Shown here piece after piece: positions 10,772-20,137 of a DNA stretch of 64,000 bases. The stretch spans positions 5,344,001 through 5,408,000 of the forward strand of contig CAVYRF010000002.1 of the NCBI GenBank assembly GCA_963770895.1. Direction: 5' to 3'. The position numbers and the translations under genes are program-made. The DNA comes from an uncultured Acidobacteriota bacterium (GTDB lineage: Bacteria > Acidobacteriota > Thermoanaerobaculia > Multivoradales > UBA5704). The notes under the pieces are model-generated. The model worked only from the letters and a program-made list of their open reading frames with translations, made no database searches and was not told the DNA's origin. How positions within the stretch are numbered: position 1 is the first letter of the stretch; the number at the start of each line of letters is the position of its first letter.

Positions 10772-11464
10772 CTTCGTGCGCCTTGAAGGTCGGGACCGTG
10801 TGCCTCACGAGAGTCTTGACATCGGCTGTGCGGTTTCCCGTCTCATCGAGGGTGGCGAGCTCGAGCGACCCAAGCCCGAGCGGCAAGTTCCACCTTTCCA
10901 TGTCCCCCGCCTCTCGGCAAAGGGATCTGCGCTTCGCGGGGAGCGCCGAGCGGGCCGCCGAACGCGGTCCCCGCCGGCCCCACAGCTCCCTAGACTAGGC
11001 CTAGGTCGCCCAACTCGGCGCGCCGTCGGCGGGCCAGAGCATGGTCCCCGATGTCATCGCCACCGACAACGTGAATCTGCCGAGGCGCCGGCCGGCCAGC
11101 TCCTAGCTCTTCGGGGCGCAAGGCAGAGCGCTGATCTCGGCAGTCATACGGAGGCTCCTTGTGCTGAGGTTTCGTTCTGCTGCTCGCTCCCCGTCTTCGC
11201 CGGGAACGCCGAGCTGGTGATCGGCTCGAGCATCCTGGGGCGCTGCCCGGGGCGTTGTCGCCCGGTCGCAGGCCTGCAAACTGATCTCCGACGCGCCGCC
11301 GCCTTCCGGATCGGCCATCGGTGGCGGATCGGTCCCGGCTGGCGAGTCTGCGGCTTGACCCAATCCGAGCTTCACCGTCGCTGCGCTCCGACCAGGATGG
11401 TCGCCTTGCGTCGAAACGGGTACCGCCATCGTCGGATTCCGCATTCTCGTCACGGGCCGCTGGG

Positions 11465-12718
11465 CTAGAAGACCCGCCACCATGGCGCTGCCAGCACTCC
11501 GTCGGCCAGCCAGGCAATCTCGCTTCCGGTGTGCAGCAGCAGGCCGGGGCGTGCACGGTCCGCGTACTCCTGCCGGAACAACTTGAGCGAGCGCACATCC
11601 GCAAGGGAAGGGCGGCGCCCGGTCTTCACCTCGATGGGAAGCAGCATCCCATCCTGCTCGATGACAAAGTCCACTTCGTCGCCCGCCACGGTGCGCCAGT
11701 ACAGGATCTCGGCCTCCACCGGTGATGAGTCCCGCCAGGCCAGCAGATCCTGAAGCACCAGGCTTTCGAGGTGAGCGCCCTGCGGTGTCGTTTCGCCTGC
11801 CAGGTGCATCGCCAGACCCGTATCGCACCAGAAGACTCGGGGGGTCTTGAGCAGGCGCTTCGTGCGGTTGACAGTGAAGGCAGGCAGGCGGACCAGTTGG
11901 TAGGTGGTCTCGAGCAGGTTGAGGTGGCGATGCACCGTGGGTTGGGACATCCCGATATCGCGGGCCACCTCCGTCTGATTGAGCAGGCCCCCGAGCCGCA
12001 GGCAGATCGCCCGCATCAGTCGCCGAACATCCACCAGCGACGCCACTGCCGAGATCTCCAGCAGATCGCGTTCGAGGTAGGTTCTGACATAGCCGGCGAA
12101 CCAGGCGGACCGCGCCTCGGCATCGTCCAACTCGTGGGCGGGGGTCGGATAGCCGCCGCGTCGCGCCAGCGCGCGCCAGTCCTCCTCCGGGGCAGTCTCG
12201 GCGGAAAGCACCGCAGGCCAGTCGCGATCAGCGGCCGCCAGCAAGCGCGACCAAGCACCGGTGGTCCCCAAGCCAAGCTGCTCACGACGAGTGAGCGGCC
12301 AGAGCGTGAGATAGGCAGCCCGCCCCGCAAGCGATTCGGAGATTCGCCGCATCAGAAGCAGGTTGGCAGAACCAGTGAGCAGGAACCGGCCCGGCGTGCG
12401 GCGCTGGTCGATTGCCCGCTTGACCGCCAATAGCAGGTCCGGGGATCGCTGGACCTCGTCGAGCGTCAGCGGCCCCTCGGCGTTGGCAACGAGCGCCGCC
12501 GGTTCGAGCCGCGCGCGCTCCAGGACATCCAGGTCGTCGAGGGTGAGATAAGCTCGCTGCGGCTTGCTCGGCAGTTGCTGCACCAGGGTTGTCTTGCCGG
12601 TCTGCCGGGCGCCGGTGAGGACGACTGCCGGAAACGACTTGAGGAGAACGGCCAGGCGGGGCGCAAGGAATCGCGACAGGGTGCGGGATGGTTCATTCAC
12701 GCCGCGAATGATATCCAT
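11465..12718 (-). CDS. AAA_14 ATPase with DUF4143 (PD-(D/E)xK-like) C-terminus
   Basis: GARQTGKTT, LDEVQ, LTGSA, ESLAGR, EVDFVIE..LLPIEVK. Confidence 0.92.
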   Translation of the reverse strand: MDIIRGVNEPSRTLSRFLAPRLAVLLKSFPAVVLTGARQTGKTTLVQQLPSKPQRAYLTLDDLDVLERARLEPAALVANAEGPLTLDEVQRSPDLLLAVKRAIDQRRTPGRFLLTGSANLLLMRRISESLAGRAAYLTLWPLTRREQLGLGTTGAWSRLLAAADRDWPAVLSAETAPEEDWRALARRGGYPTPAHELDDAEARSAWFAGYVRTYLERDLLEISAVASLVDVRRLMRAICLRLGGLLNQTEVARDIGMSQPTVHRHLNLLETTYQLVRLPAFTVNRTKRLLKTPRVFWCDTGLAMHLAGETTPQGAHLESLVLQDLLAWRDSSPVEAEILYWRTVAGDEVDFVIEQDGMLLPIEVKTGRRPSLADVRSLKLFRQEYADRARPGLLLHTGSEIAWLADGVLAAPWWRVF

Positions 12719-12742
12719 TCACCGCATGAATAGCAACCCATC

Positions 12743-12820
12743 TACGCCTCGGCGACCGAGCTTGAGAAGTTCGCCCGACTCTACAAGAAGCCGCTCACGT
12801 TCTTCCTCAGCGGCGACTAA
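12743..12820 (+). pseudogene. XRE-HTH C-terminal remnant
   Basis: ATELEKFARLYKKPLTFFL* is a typical XRE tail; no N-terminus. Confidence 0.45.
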
Positions 12821-12932
12821 GGGCAGCCTCTACCCGGGGACGCCGGATCGCGCCGCGCTTCCGAGGCACCGCGGCGCCGGAACGAGCCTGAGCAGGTGGG
12901 GCTAGGATTCCTGCGCCTTGCGCGCGGTGACT

Positions 12933-13394
12933 CTAGGGGCAACTCGGAAAGCCGGCGGTGTCATAGACCGGCATCGATGTCTGGTTCAAGGCATTCGAGT
13001 AGACCCGCCCCTTGCCGGTCTTCAGGTCAATGACCTCAAGCGTGTATGCGACGTTCGTGAGTCCCGCCGTGAAGACCCAATAAGCGTTGAAGGGCTCGAC
13101 GCAGGCGTCGATCACCTTCACGAACAGCTCGGGATCGTCCGCGTCGAAGAACCAGAACCAGCCCCCGCCGAGGACGGGGCTCTTGTCCGTGTGGAAGAGC
13201 GGCACCGCGTGGCCGCCGCCCGCCAGGCCGCCCCCGGCGTCGTAGTTGACCGCCACTTCGAAGCGGTCGCCGACACCCAGGCAGAGGGTGGTGTCGTTAG
13301 CCGTGCAGTTGTAGGACTGTTGGGTCTCGGCCGAGGAAGCCCTGGCGCCCGCCAGCACGAGGAAGGCGCCGAGGACGGCGATGCTCCGCTTCAT
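12933..13394 (-). CDS. secreted protein with one Thermoanaerobaculia-type FWFF repeat domain
   Basis: Signal peptide; LCL..RFEV..WFWFFD..PELFVKVIDAC..YWVF..LTNV.Y, paralogous to the domains in 40160-41440. Confidence 0.8.
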   Translation of the reverse strand: MKRSIAVLGAFLVLAGARASSAETQQSYNCTANDTTLCLGVGDRFEVAVNYDAGGGLAGGGHAVPLFHTDKSPVLGGGWFWFFDADDPELFVKVIDACVEPFNAYWVFTAGLTNVAYTLEVIDLKTGKGRVYSNALNQTSMPVYDTAGFPSCP

Positions 13395-13843
13395 GGTTCA
13401 CCCCCTTGCTTCATAGAGGACACGCGACAAACCGCTTTGTTGGGTCGGGCCTGCCGTCTAGTCTCGTCGCGCTCCCAGGCAGAGACGGTCGAAGGGTCGA
13501 GGCCGAACCGGCGAGCTAGCGCTTCCGCGGAGAGTCCCGCAGCCTGCCGCGCGGCTCTGACCCGCCCGCCGAAGGTTCCTGGCTCCGGCCGCGGGTCGTA
13601 GCCGAGAAAGGCGAGGATGCCGGGCAGGAAGCGCAGCCCAGGCGCGCCCCGCCCCGCCTCCCAACTCGCAAGGCTCGCCTGCGAGCAGCCGATCTCGTGG
13701 GCCGCGTGTCTCTGGCGGAGGCCGCGGTCAAGGCGCGCCCGCCTGAGATGCTCGCCAATGGTCCGGGGTGCCTCCGGGTAACCCTGCGGACTCGACTTCC
13801 GTCCTCGTAAGCGGACACGAACACTTATGCACGCGGCCCCAGG
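13391..13843 (-). other. start-less open frame encoding a tandem XRE HTH (putative alternative C-terminus of the 34291 recombinase)
   Basis: 151 codons including the stop, no internal stop: PGAACISVRVRLRGRK..GYPEAPRTIGEHLRRARLDRGLRQ..LASWEAG..FLGYDP..RAARQAAGLSAEALARRFGLDPSTVSAWE; TGA overlaps ATG of the next gene; absent from the ORF track. Confidence 0.8.
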
Positions 13844-13867
13844 GCTGCGTGCACCTTTTGTGATCCG
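13818..13867 (-). mobile_element. serine recombinase att-like site (core CA at 13840-13841)
   Basis: CGAACACTTATGCA CGCGGCCC CA GGGCTGCG TGCACCTTTTGTGATCCG aligns with 35789-35837. Confidence 0.8.
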
Positions 13868-13971
13868 CTTGCGGGGCAGGATTCTTCGCCCTGGCTATCC
13901 TCAGAACCGTCGCACCCTGGGCGAGCACCTCAAGTAGCCGAAGTCCCAGGGGAGCCGAGGCGGAGGCGCCG

Positions 13972-14265
13972 GTGCACTTGGTAAGGAGCAGGGGCCGACG
14001 CAGTAATCTCGTCGCTCGGCCCCGGTCGGCTTCGAGGAAGAAGAAAACATTCCGGCGGTGCTCCGGTTCGGCCTCGAAGCGAAGGCCGAAGACACGATCC
14101 GGTTCCACGCCGAGCTGGTGGAGCGTGCCGCTCTCCTGCACCTCGACCTTCCACCGGCGGGGTACGATGCCGGTCACGCGGAAGGGCCTTGGGCAGACTT
14201 CCTTCCGGCGCAAGCTCCTCGGATACCGGGGAACCTGGCGCCAGGGGCTTCACCGGACGCACGAA
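13972..14265 (+). pseudogene. replication-relaxation (Replic_Relax-like) relaxase remnant with internal 136-bp inversion
   Basis: Minus strand 14157-14022 gives EPDRVFGLRF..FFFLEADR; plus strand continues RGTMPV..TSFRRKLLGY..W. Confidence 0.65.
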
Positions 14266-14281
14266 GCATGCCCCTGCCGCC

Positions 14282-14316
14282 TACAATGGACTACAGCCAT
14301 GGTCCTTAACCATGGC
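14282..14316 (+). promoter_or_regulatory. putative -10 (TACAAT) and palindromic operator GCCATGGT-N5-ACCATGGC
   Basis: Perfect 8-bp inverted repeat at 14296-14316, 15 bp upstream of the LexA-like ATG. Confidence 0.5.
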
Positions 14317-14331
14317 CCTAAGACCAACCCT

Positions 14332-14984
14332 ATGGGCAGACAACGCACCTACCAATCTGAACAGGTCCTCGTCGCGCTTGAGCGCTACGCCATCCAGCAT
14401 GGCCGGGCGCGCCGACCATCGAGGAGTTCCGCCAGGCCCTCGGCGTCGGTTCGAGCCGCACGGTCCTGCGCTACCTTCAGGAGCTCGAGGATGGCGGCTT
14501 CATCCGGCGCGCGCCCGGTGCGCGTGGCATCCAAGTCCTGCGCCGCCCCTCCGGCGGGACGCAGACTCAGCCGGTGCCGGTCCTTGGCCGCGTGACCGCC
14601 GGCGCCTTGGACCTCGCCGAGCAGCACTACGACGGTTGGCTACAGCTCCCGGTCGAAGATCTCAAACCGAAGTCTGCCAAGTTCTTCCTCCTCAAGATCC
14701 ACGGCCGGTCTATGGATCAGGCAAAGGTCGGAGGGGAGCGGATCGAAGACGGGGACCTCGTGCTCGTGCGCCAGCAGACCGCGGCCGATCCTGGTGAGAT
14801 CGTCGTGGCGCATGTAGACGGCGAGGCAACGGTGAAGAAGCTGGCACGTCTGCCGGACTATTGGGTGCTGAAGCCGGAGTCCTCGCAATCTCACTACCGC
14901 CCCATCCTCGTTGGCCCCGGTTTCTCCATTCAGGGAGTCGTGACGAAGGTCATCAAGAAGGGATCTGAAGTATTCGACCTATAA
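14332..14984 (+). pseudogene. lexA: LexA-like S24 repressor, frameshifted by a 2-bp insertion near 14407-14412
   Basis: wHTH PTIEEFRQALGVGSSRTVLRYLQELE; VTAG cleavage site, GRSM Ser, TVKK Lys; 653 bp minus 2 = 217 codons. Confidence 0.8.
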
Positions 14985-15003
14985 GAGCAGGAGATTATCG
15001 ACC

Positions 15004-16092
15004 ATGGGCTACGAAATCGATTTTTTGAAGGTAGGCGATACGAAGAGTGGCGATTCGATCACGCTCCGTTTTGGCAACCTCCACGGTCCGCGCAACCAGC
15101 AGTCGGTAGTAGTCGTTGACGGAGGTTATGTAACTGACGGGGAAAGAGTCGTCGAGCACCTTGCGCGCTACTATGGCACAGACCAGATCGATATCCTAGT
15201 ATCGACTCATCCGGATGCCGACCATGTGGGCGGCTTGGAGACAGTCTTCGAAAGCTGTGGAGTTGGGCAGCTCTGGATGCACCTGCCGTGGACTCATACC
15301 ACGGACATGGCCCGCTTGTTTCAGAGCGGCCGCGTAACAGACATGAGCGTTCGCGAGGTCATGCGGCGGTCCCTCGAAGCAGCATGCGCCCTTGAAGCAG
15401 CTGCCAAAAGAGAAGGCGTACCGATCATCCAGCCCTTTACAGGAACGCAGGATGCAACTGGCTCGCTCGTCGTACTCGGTCCCACGCAAGAGTACTACCG
15501 GAGCCTGCTCCCAGAGTTTCGCTGTACCCCCGAGGCAAAGAGCGAAATCGAAAAGCTGCTGGAGCGTGCCATGCGAGCCGCTGCGAACCTCGCGGAACGG
15601 TGGAACTGGGAGACGTTGACCGACAGCGGCGACACGACCGCGGAGAACAATTCAAGCGTTGTCCTCTTGCTACGAGTCGATGGTCGCACCGCACTTCTGA
15701 CCTCGGATGCGGGCAAGCCTGCCCTGACCCAGGTGGTTGATCTCATGGAGGCGAACAACATCGACCCGAAGAACCTGAACTTTATCCAAGTGCCTCATCA
15801 CGGCAGTCGTCGCAACGTCGGCCCGACCTTGCTGAATCGGCTTGTAGGCCCCAAGCTGGCAGGGGACCAGTTGATGAAGCCGGCGTTCGTGTCCGTCGCA
15901 GAAAATGCTGACGACAAGCATCCCTCCAAGCGCGTCGTGAATGCCTTCCGGCGTCGAGGAGCCCACGTCTCCCGCCACAACGGTGGCCATTGGATTCGGC
16001 ATCAATTCAACGCGCCAGATAGATCAGATGCTGTGTCTCTTCCAGCCCTTCCTTTTTATGACGGGATAATTGAAGAAGACGGAGATGCCTAG
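15004..16092 (+). CDS. ComEC/Rec2-like MBL-fold metallo-hydrolase (soluble)
   Basis: FLKVG..GDSI, VDGG, THPDADH, NNSSVV, QVPHHGS, HPS motifs. Confidence 0.88.
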   Translation: MGYEIDFLKVGDTKSGDSITLRFGNLHGPRNQQSVVVVDGGYVTDGERVVEHLARYYGTDQIDILVSTHPDADHVGGLETVFESCGVGQLWMHLPWTHTTDMARLFQSGRVTDMSVREVMRRSLEAACALEAAAKREGVPIIQPFTGTQDATGSLVVLGPTQEYYRSLLPEFRCTPEAKSEIEKLLERAMRAAANLAERWNWETLTDSGDTTAENNSSVVLLLRVDGRTALLTSDAGKPALTQVVDLMEANNIDPKNLNFIQVPHHGSRRNVGPTLLNRLVGPKLAGDQLMKPAFVSVAENADDKHPSKRVVNAFRRRGAHVSRHNGGHWIRHQFNAPDRSDAVSLPALPFYDGIIEEDGDA

Positions 16093-16813
16093 TCATTTCG
16101 GAGGAGCCGAGGTGTTTGACGCCTACACGCGCCGCGCACGACTCCAACCGGCCCTACTCGCCATTCTACCTATCGGTATTGCCGTCCTCGTCTGGTTTCC
16201 AAACAGTCTCACCGAATGGGGAGTTTTCGCGAGCGTCCTTACCTCGGCCGGCGGCATGGCACTCTTGGTTCGCATCGCGAGAATCAGAGGCAAGGGAATC
16301 GAGCCGTCTCTCTACGAGAGGTGGGGCGGCAAGCCTACGACAGTCGCCCTTCGCCATCGTGACACAAAGAACGCCGTCCTGCTTGCTCGGCGTCACGCGC
16401 AGTTGCAGCAGATCGCGAAAGATATCCACTTGCCAACTCCGGAAGAGGAGACTGCCGACCCCGCTGCTGCGGATGCAGCCTATGACGCCTCAGTGGCAGT
16501 GCTCATTGAGCGGACTCGGGACCGTAAGCGCTTCCGATTACTCTTTGACGAGAACTGTAACTACGGCTTTTGGCGGAACCTCCTTGGCCTCCGTCCGTTT
16601 GGCATCCCCTCCTCCCTTCTAGGAACAGCCGGTATCGCCTTCCTGATCCATCGGCACAATTTCGCCTTGGAGTTCAAACCTCTCGTGGCTCTCGGTATCG
16701 ACCTGCTTTTCCTCATCGGCTGGCTCCTCCTGGTGAGGGATGCTACCGTTAGGATCGCGGCTTCGAGCTATAGCGACCGCCTCCTGGCCGCCTGCGAAGA
16801 TCTGGCATCGTAG
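16085..16813 (+). CDS. 4-TM membrane protein with central soluble domain
   Basis: YTRRARLQPALLAILP, WGGKPTT, LLFDENCNYGFWRNLLGL; overlaps the upstream stop. Confidence 0.8.
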   Translation: MPSHFGGAEVFDAYTRRARLQPALLAILPIGIAVLVWFPNSLTEWGVFASVLTSAGGMALLVRIARIRGKGIEPSLYERWGGKPTTVALRHRDTKNAVLLARRHAQLQQIAKDIHLPTPEEETADPAAADAAYDASVAVLIERTRDRKRFRLLFDENCNYGFWRNLLGLRPFGIPSSLLGTAGIAFLIHRHNFALEFKPLVALGIDLLFLIGWLLLVRDATVRIAASSYSDRLLAACEDLAS

Positions 16814-16832
16814 ATACGAGGTACTCTTCGCT

Positions 16833-17852
16833 ATGCCACTGCTCCATTTCTTAAATGTTAGCGAAGGCGACTGCTCTATCATCCAGCACGGGTCCGGACA
16901 TGTGACGGTTATCGATGTCTGCAACGCTCGCGCTGAGACAGCCGGGGAGCGCATCGCGTCCGGCGTCCTGATGCGGTTAGCGGAAAAGGGCATTTACGGC
17001 AATTTCAACCAGAAAAAGTATCCCGTAAATCCTATCTCCTACATGAACGACCGCGGAATCTCGTCCGTTTTCCGGCTTGTCGTAACTCATCCAGACATGG
17101 ATCACATCGATGGGATCAGTGATTTCTTCGCTGAATTCAAGCCGACGAACTTCTATGACACCGACAACACCGTCGAGAAAGATGAGGGCTGGGAAGACAC
17201 AAACTACCGAGAGGAAGACTGGCTCTTCTATAGGGGCCTGCGTGAAGGCACCGCTGACGTTAGCTCCAAGCGCTTGGTTTTGTATCCTCCTGGCCGGGGA
17301 CCCTGCCGCACCGAGGACTGGAATGGCAAGCCGGGCGGCGATGGGATTCGAATCCTTGCGCCTTCCAGGCAACTCGCCAGGCTGGGGAGGGAGACCGGCG
17401 ACTGCAACGACTGCTCATATGTTATCCTCTACCGAGCGTATGGATTCAAGATCCTCTTTGGGGGAGACTCGCACGATGGCACCTGGCAGTATATTCTGAG
17501 GCACTATCGTTCTTGGGTCACTGATGTAGATCTCCTAATCGCCCCCCACCATGGCCGCGACTCCGGCAGGTCGTACGACTTCCTCGACGTCATAAATCCG
17601 CGTCTGACCTTCTTCGGCAATGCCCGTAGCGAACATCTGGCTTACGATGCCTGGAACAACAGGGAGCTGCCGTTTATCACCAATAACCAGGCCGGCTCTA
17701 TGATTGTACGCATCGATCGCGACGCAATGCACCTATTCGTCACCCATGAACCATATGCCAAGGCGTACAACGCGGACACCTATCTTGATGAGCAGCTTCA
17801 GGCGTACTATTGCGGCGTGATAATAGACATCAACGAATCGCCTCCTCCTTGA
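16833..17852 (+). CDS. second ComEC-like MBL-fold metallo-hydrolase
   Basis: HFLNVSEGDC, THPDMDH, NDCSYV, GGD, APHHG. Confidence 0.88.
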   Translation: MPLLHFLNVSEGDCSIIQHGSGHVTVIDVCNARAETAGERIASGVLMRLAEKGIYGNFNQKKYPVNPISYMNDRGISSVFRLVVTHPDMDHIDGISDFFAEFKPTNFYDTDNTVEKDEGWEDTNYREEDWLFYRGLREGTADVSSKRLVLYPPGRGPCRTEDWNGKPGGDGIRILAPSRQLARLGRETGDCNDCSYVILYRAYGFKILFGGDSHDGTWQYILRHYRSWVTDVDLLIAPHHGRDSGRSYDFLDVINPRLTFFGNARSEHLAYDAWNNRELPFITNNQAGSMIVRIDRDAMHLFVTHEPYAKAYNADTYLDEQLQAYYCGVIIDINESPPP

Positions 17853-17885
17853 CCCTTCATTTTTGAGGCGTAGAATAGAAGGGCA

Positions 17886-18155
17886 ATGAAGACTTTGACC
17901 TACCGCATCCATCTCACCCCCGAACCCGAAGGGGGATATACCGTGACCGTCCCCGCCCTCCAGGGCTGCATTACCTGGGGCCGCGACTACGAGCACGCCC
18001 AAAAGATGGCCCATGAAGCCATAGAGCTCTACCTCTCTTCCCTGGCCGACGACGGGGAACCCATTCCCGAGGACACCCTCTCTGCCGATGCTTTCGTCCA
18101 GATCCAAGCACCGGCAGCATGGAGCACCTCAGGAGCCTCACCGCGAAGCAAATAG
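17886..18155 (+). CDS. hicB: HicB family antitoxin
   Basis: GGYTVTVPALQGCITWG...EAIELYL..GEPIP. Confidence 0.9.
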   Translation: MKTLTYRIHLTPEPEGGYTVTVPALQGCITWGRDYEHAQKMAHEAIELYLSSLADDGEPIPEDTLSADAFVQIQAPAAWSTSGASPRSK

Positions 18156-18346
18156 TCAAGGCGCTGAAGCAGGCGGGCTTCGTGGAGCACCGCCAGCACC
18201 GCACAAGCCACCTCCTCCTCGTCCATCCCGAGCGCAAGCTACGTACCATAGTTCCCATGCATCACGGCGACTTGCCCCGCGGCACCGTGCGCGCCATCAT
18301 CCGACAGAGCGGGATGACCGAGGAGGAGTTCAAAGCGCTGCTCTAG
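18119..18346 (+). CDS. hicA: HicA family toxin
   Basis: KALKQAGF..SHLLL..VPMHHGDLPRGTVRAIIRQSG. Confidence 0.88.
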   Translation: MEHLRSLTAKQIVKALKQAGFVEHRQHRTSHLLLVHPERKLRTIVPMHHGDLPRGTVRAIIRQSGMTEEEFKALL

Positions 18347-18350
18347 CAGC

Positions 18351-19949
18351 TCATGCCGCCTCGCCCTCCTCATCTGCTTCTTGTCCTGTTGTATCTGCTT
18401 CCATCAGTTCCCTAATCTTTTCAAGCTTCTTCTCGGAGCTTTCATCTGCGAAAAAGGTTCGAACGTCGTGGAGAAAAGCCCGCAGCTCGACACTCGTTGC
18501 TGTGGCTGACCAGCGGCGAAACGGTTTGGCCGCGTCAATCTTGAGTTCCCGGTCTCGCAGTCTGGGGTTCGAACCTAGAATACCGAGGATCATTCGCTTC
18601 TCGCTCGGGGAACCAACGCGGAACCGCGAAGCCGCTTCTTTGTTGAATTGGATGAGCAGGCGCTGGGGTTCGAACCGTTCGCGGGTCTCGGTAAGCTTCT
18701 GCATCTCTTGCGTCACCTGGATGCGTTCTCGGGTGAGGCTTTGGCGCTCTTCGAGAAATTCGGCGTCGTCCAGCAGCTCGCGGATGCGGAGCTTGTTCAG
18801 GTTCGCGAGCTGGCGATCGAGCGATGCGGCCCGCACGTCAAGTGCATGCCGCTGCTTCGCGAGGAGTTCCTGGTCCTCGGCCATGACGCCGGCCAGGCGG
18901 TCCATCTCGAAGTGATGGAACTTCTCGGGAAGCGTGGCTTCCTCCAAGAACGCCGCAAGCTGCGCGTCGAGGCGTTCCGCCGTGACCGACCGTTGGGTAC
19001 AATGGTAGTCGAGGCGGCGCCAGGAGCAGTGGTAGTAGATGTAGCGGGAGCCGAAGCGGTTCCGCTTGTGCTCCGCGGTCACGAGGAAGCCGCACTCGTC
19101 GCAACGTATGAGGCCCGTATAGGCGAACTCATGCGTCTTGCGCCGCGGCTTCCCCGGACGCCCGAGTAGCTCCTGCACGCGCTCGAACTCGGAGAGCGTC
19201 ACCATGGCCTGATGCTTGCCGGGGTGGCTCTCGCCCTCCCATTCGATGACACCCGCGTAGAAGGGGTTCTTCAGGATCTTGTAGATCGCGCTCTTGGTGA
19301 ACGGGGCGCCTCCGATCCGCTTCCGTGTTCTCGTCGTAAGGCCCCATTCTTTGCCCGCCATCTCCCAAACGCGGCGGGGCGTCGCCTCGCCCGAGAGCAC
19401 GAGGCGCCACATCCGCTCGATCGCATAGAAGCGCTCGGGGTCGGGGATGATGCCGCCGCTCTCCCGGTCGTTCAGGTAGCCGGCGGGCGCGAAGTTCGGC
19501 AGCCAGCCGCGTTTCACTTTGGCGCGCATTCCCCGGCGGACGTTCTCCGAGAGCGAGTCCACGTAATACTTTGAGTACCCGAAAATGATCGAGAGCATGA
19601 ACTTGCCCTGCGAGTTGTTCTCGAAGGAGAAGGTGGCGAAGCGCAGGTCCTTCAGCTTCCCGGTATCGAGGTGGTAGATGATCCGGCCGCCGTCCACGGA
19701 GTTCCTCGCCAGGCGGTCCGGGTGCCAGGCGATCACGCCTTCCGCCTTGCCGCGCTCGATTTCGCGGAGCATCGCCTCGAAGACCGGCCGGCCGGGAGCC
19801 TTGGCGCTCTGCGATTCTTCGAAGACGCGCACTATGGTCGCGCCCCAGGCAGCGGCATGCCGTTCCATCTCCGCGCGTTGCGATTCGATGGAGAGCACCT
19901 GGCGATCCTCGGACTCGCTTGATTTGCGGCAGTAGAGAAAATAGTTCAT
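18351..19949 (-). CDS. large serine recombinase (resolvase + recombinase + Zn ribbon)
   Basis: MNYFLYCRKSS catalytic Ser, DRLARN, NPFYAG, CDECG..YYHC. Confidence 0.95.
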   Translation of the reverse strand: MNYFLYCRKSSESEDRQVLSIESQRAEMERHAAAWGATIVRVFEESQSAKAPGRPVFEAMLREIERGKAEGVIAWHPDRLARNSVDGGRIIYHLDTGKLKDLRFATFSFENNSQGKFMLSIIFGYSKYYVDSLSENVRRGMRAKVKRGWLPNFAPAGYLNDRESGGIIPDPERFYAIERMWRLVLSGEATPRRVWEMAGKEWGLTTRTRKRIGGAPFTKSAIYKILKNPFYAGVIEWEGESHPGKHQAMVTLSEFERVQELLGRPGKPRRKTHEFAYTGLIRCDECGFLVTAEHKRNRFGSRYIYYHCSWRRLDYHCTQRSVTAERLDAQLAAFLEEATLPEKFHHFEMDRLAGVMAEDQELLAKQRHALDVRAASLDRQLANLNKLRIRELLDDAEFLEERQSLTRERIQVTQEMQKLTETRERFEPQRLLIQFNKEAASRFRVGSPSEKRMILGILGSNPRLRDRELKIDAAKPFRRWSATATSVELRAFLHDVRTFFADESSEKKLEKIRELMEADTTGQEADEEGEAA

Positions 19950-20137
19950 TGGTGCAGTGGGCCTTCCGAGCCCGAGGCCACGCATTCCGCTTCGCGCTTC
20001 GCCGAGCGCGCGAGGAGGAGATAGAGCGCGTCAAGGCGGGCAATGTGTTCGCGCGTCTCATCCGCCCCGAGTTCTTCCTTGAACTCCTCGCGCCAGATCT
20101 CCTGGAACTTGCAAATGTCGTCGGCCGTGATGCGCAC
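19946..20137 (-). CDS. small helical protein coupled to the recombinase (possible accessory/RDF)
   Basis: 63 aa, ATGA overlap with the recombinase start; KFQEIWREEFKEEL. Confidence 0.65.
   Translation of the reverse strand: MRITADDICKFQEIWREEFKEELGADETREHIARLDALYLLLARSAKREAECVASGSEGPLHQ

Noticed and set aside
18456-18676. tRNA gene suggested by GGTTCGAACC
   Set aside because: No cloverleaf or CCA context, and it lies within the recombinase CDS.
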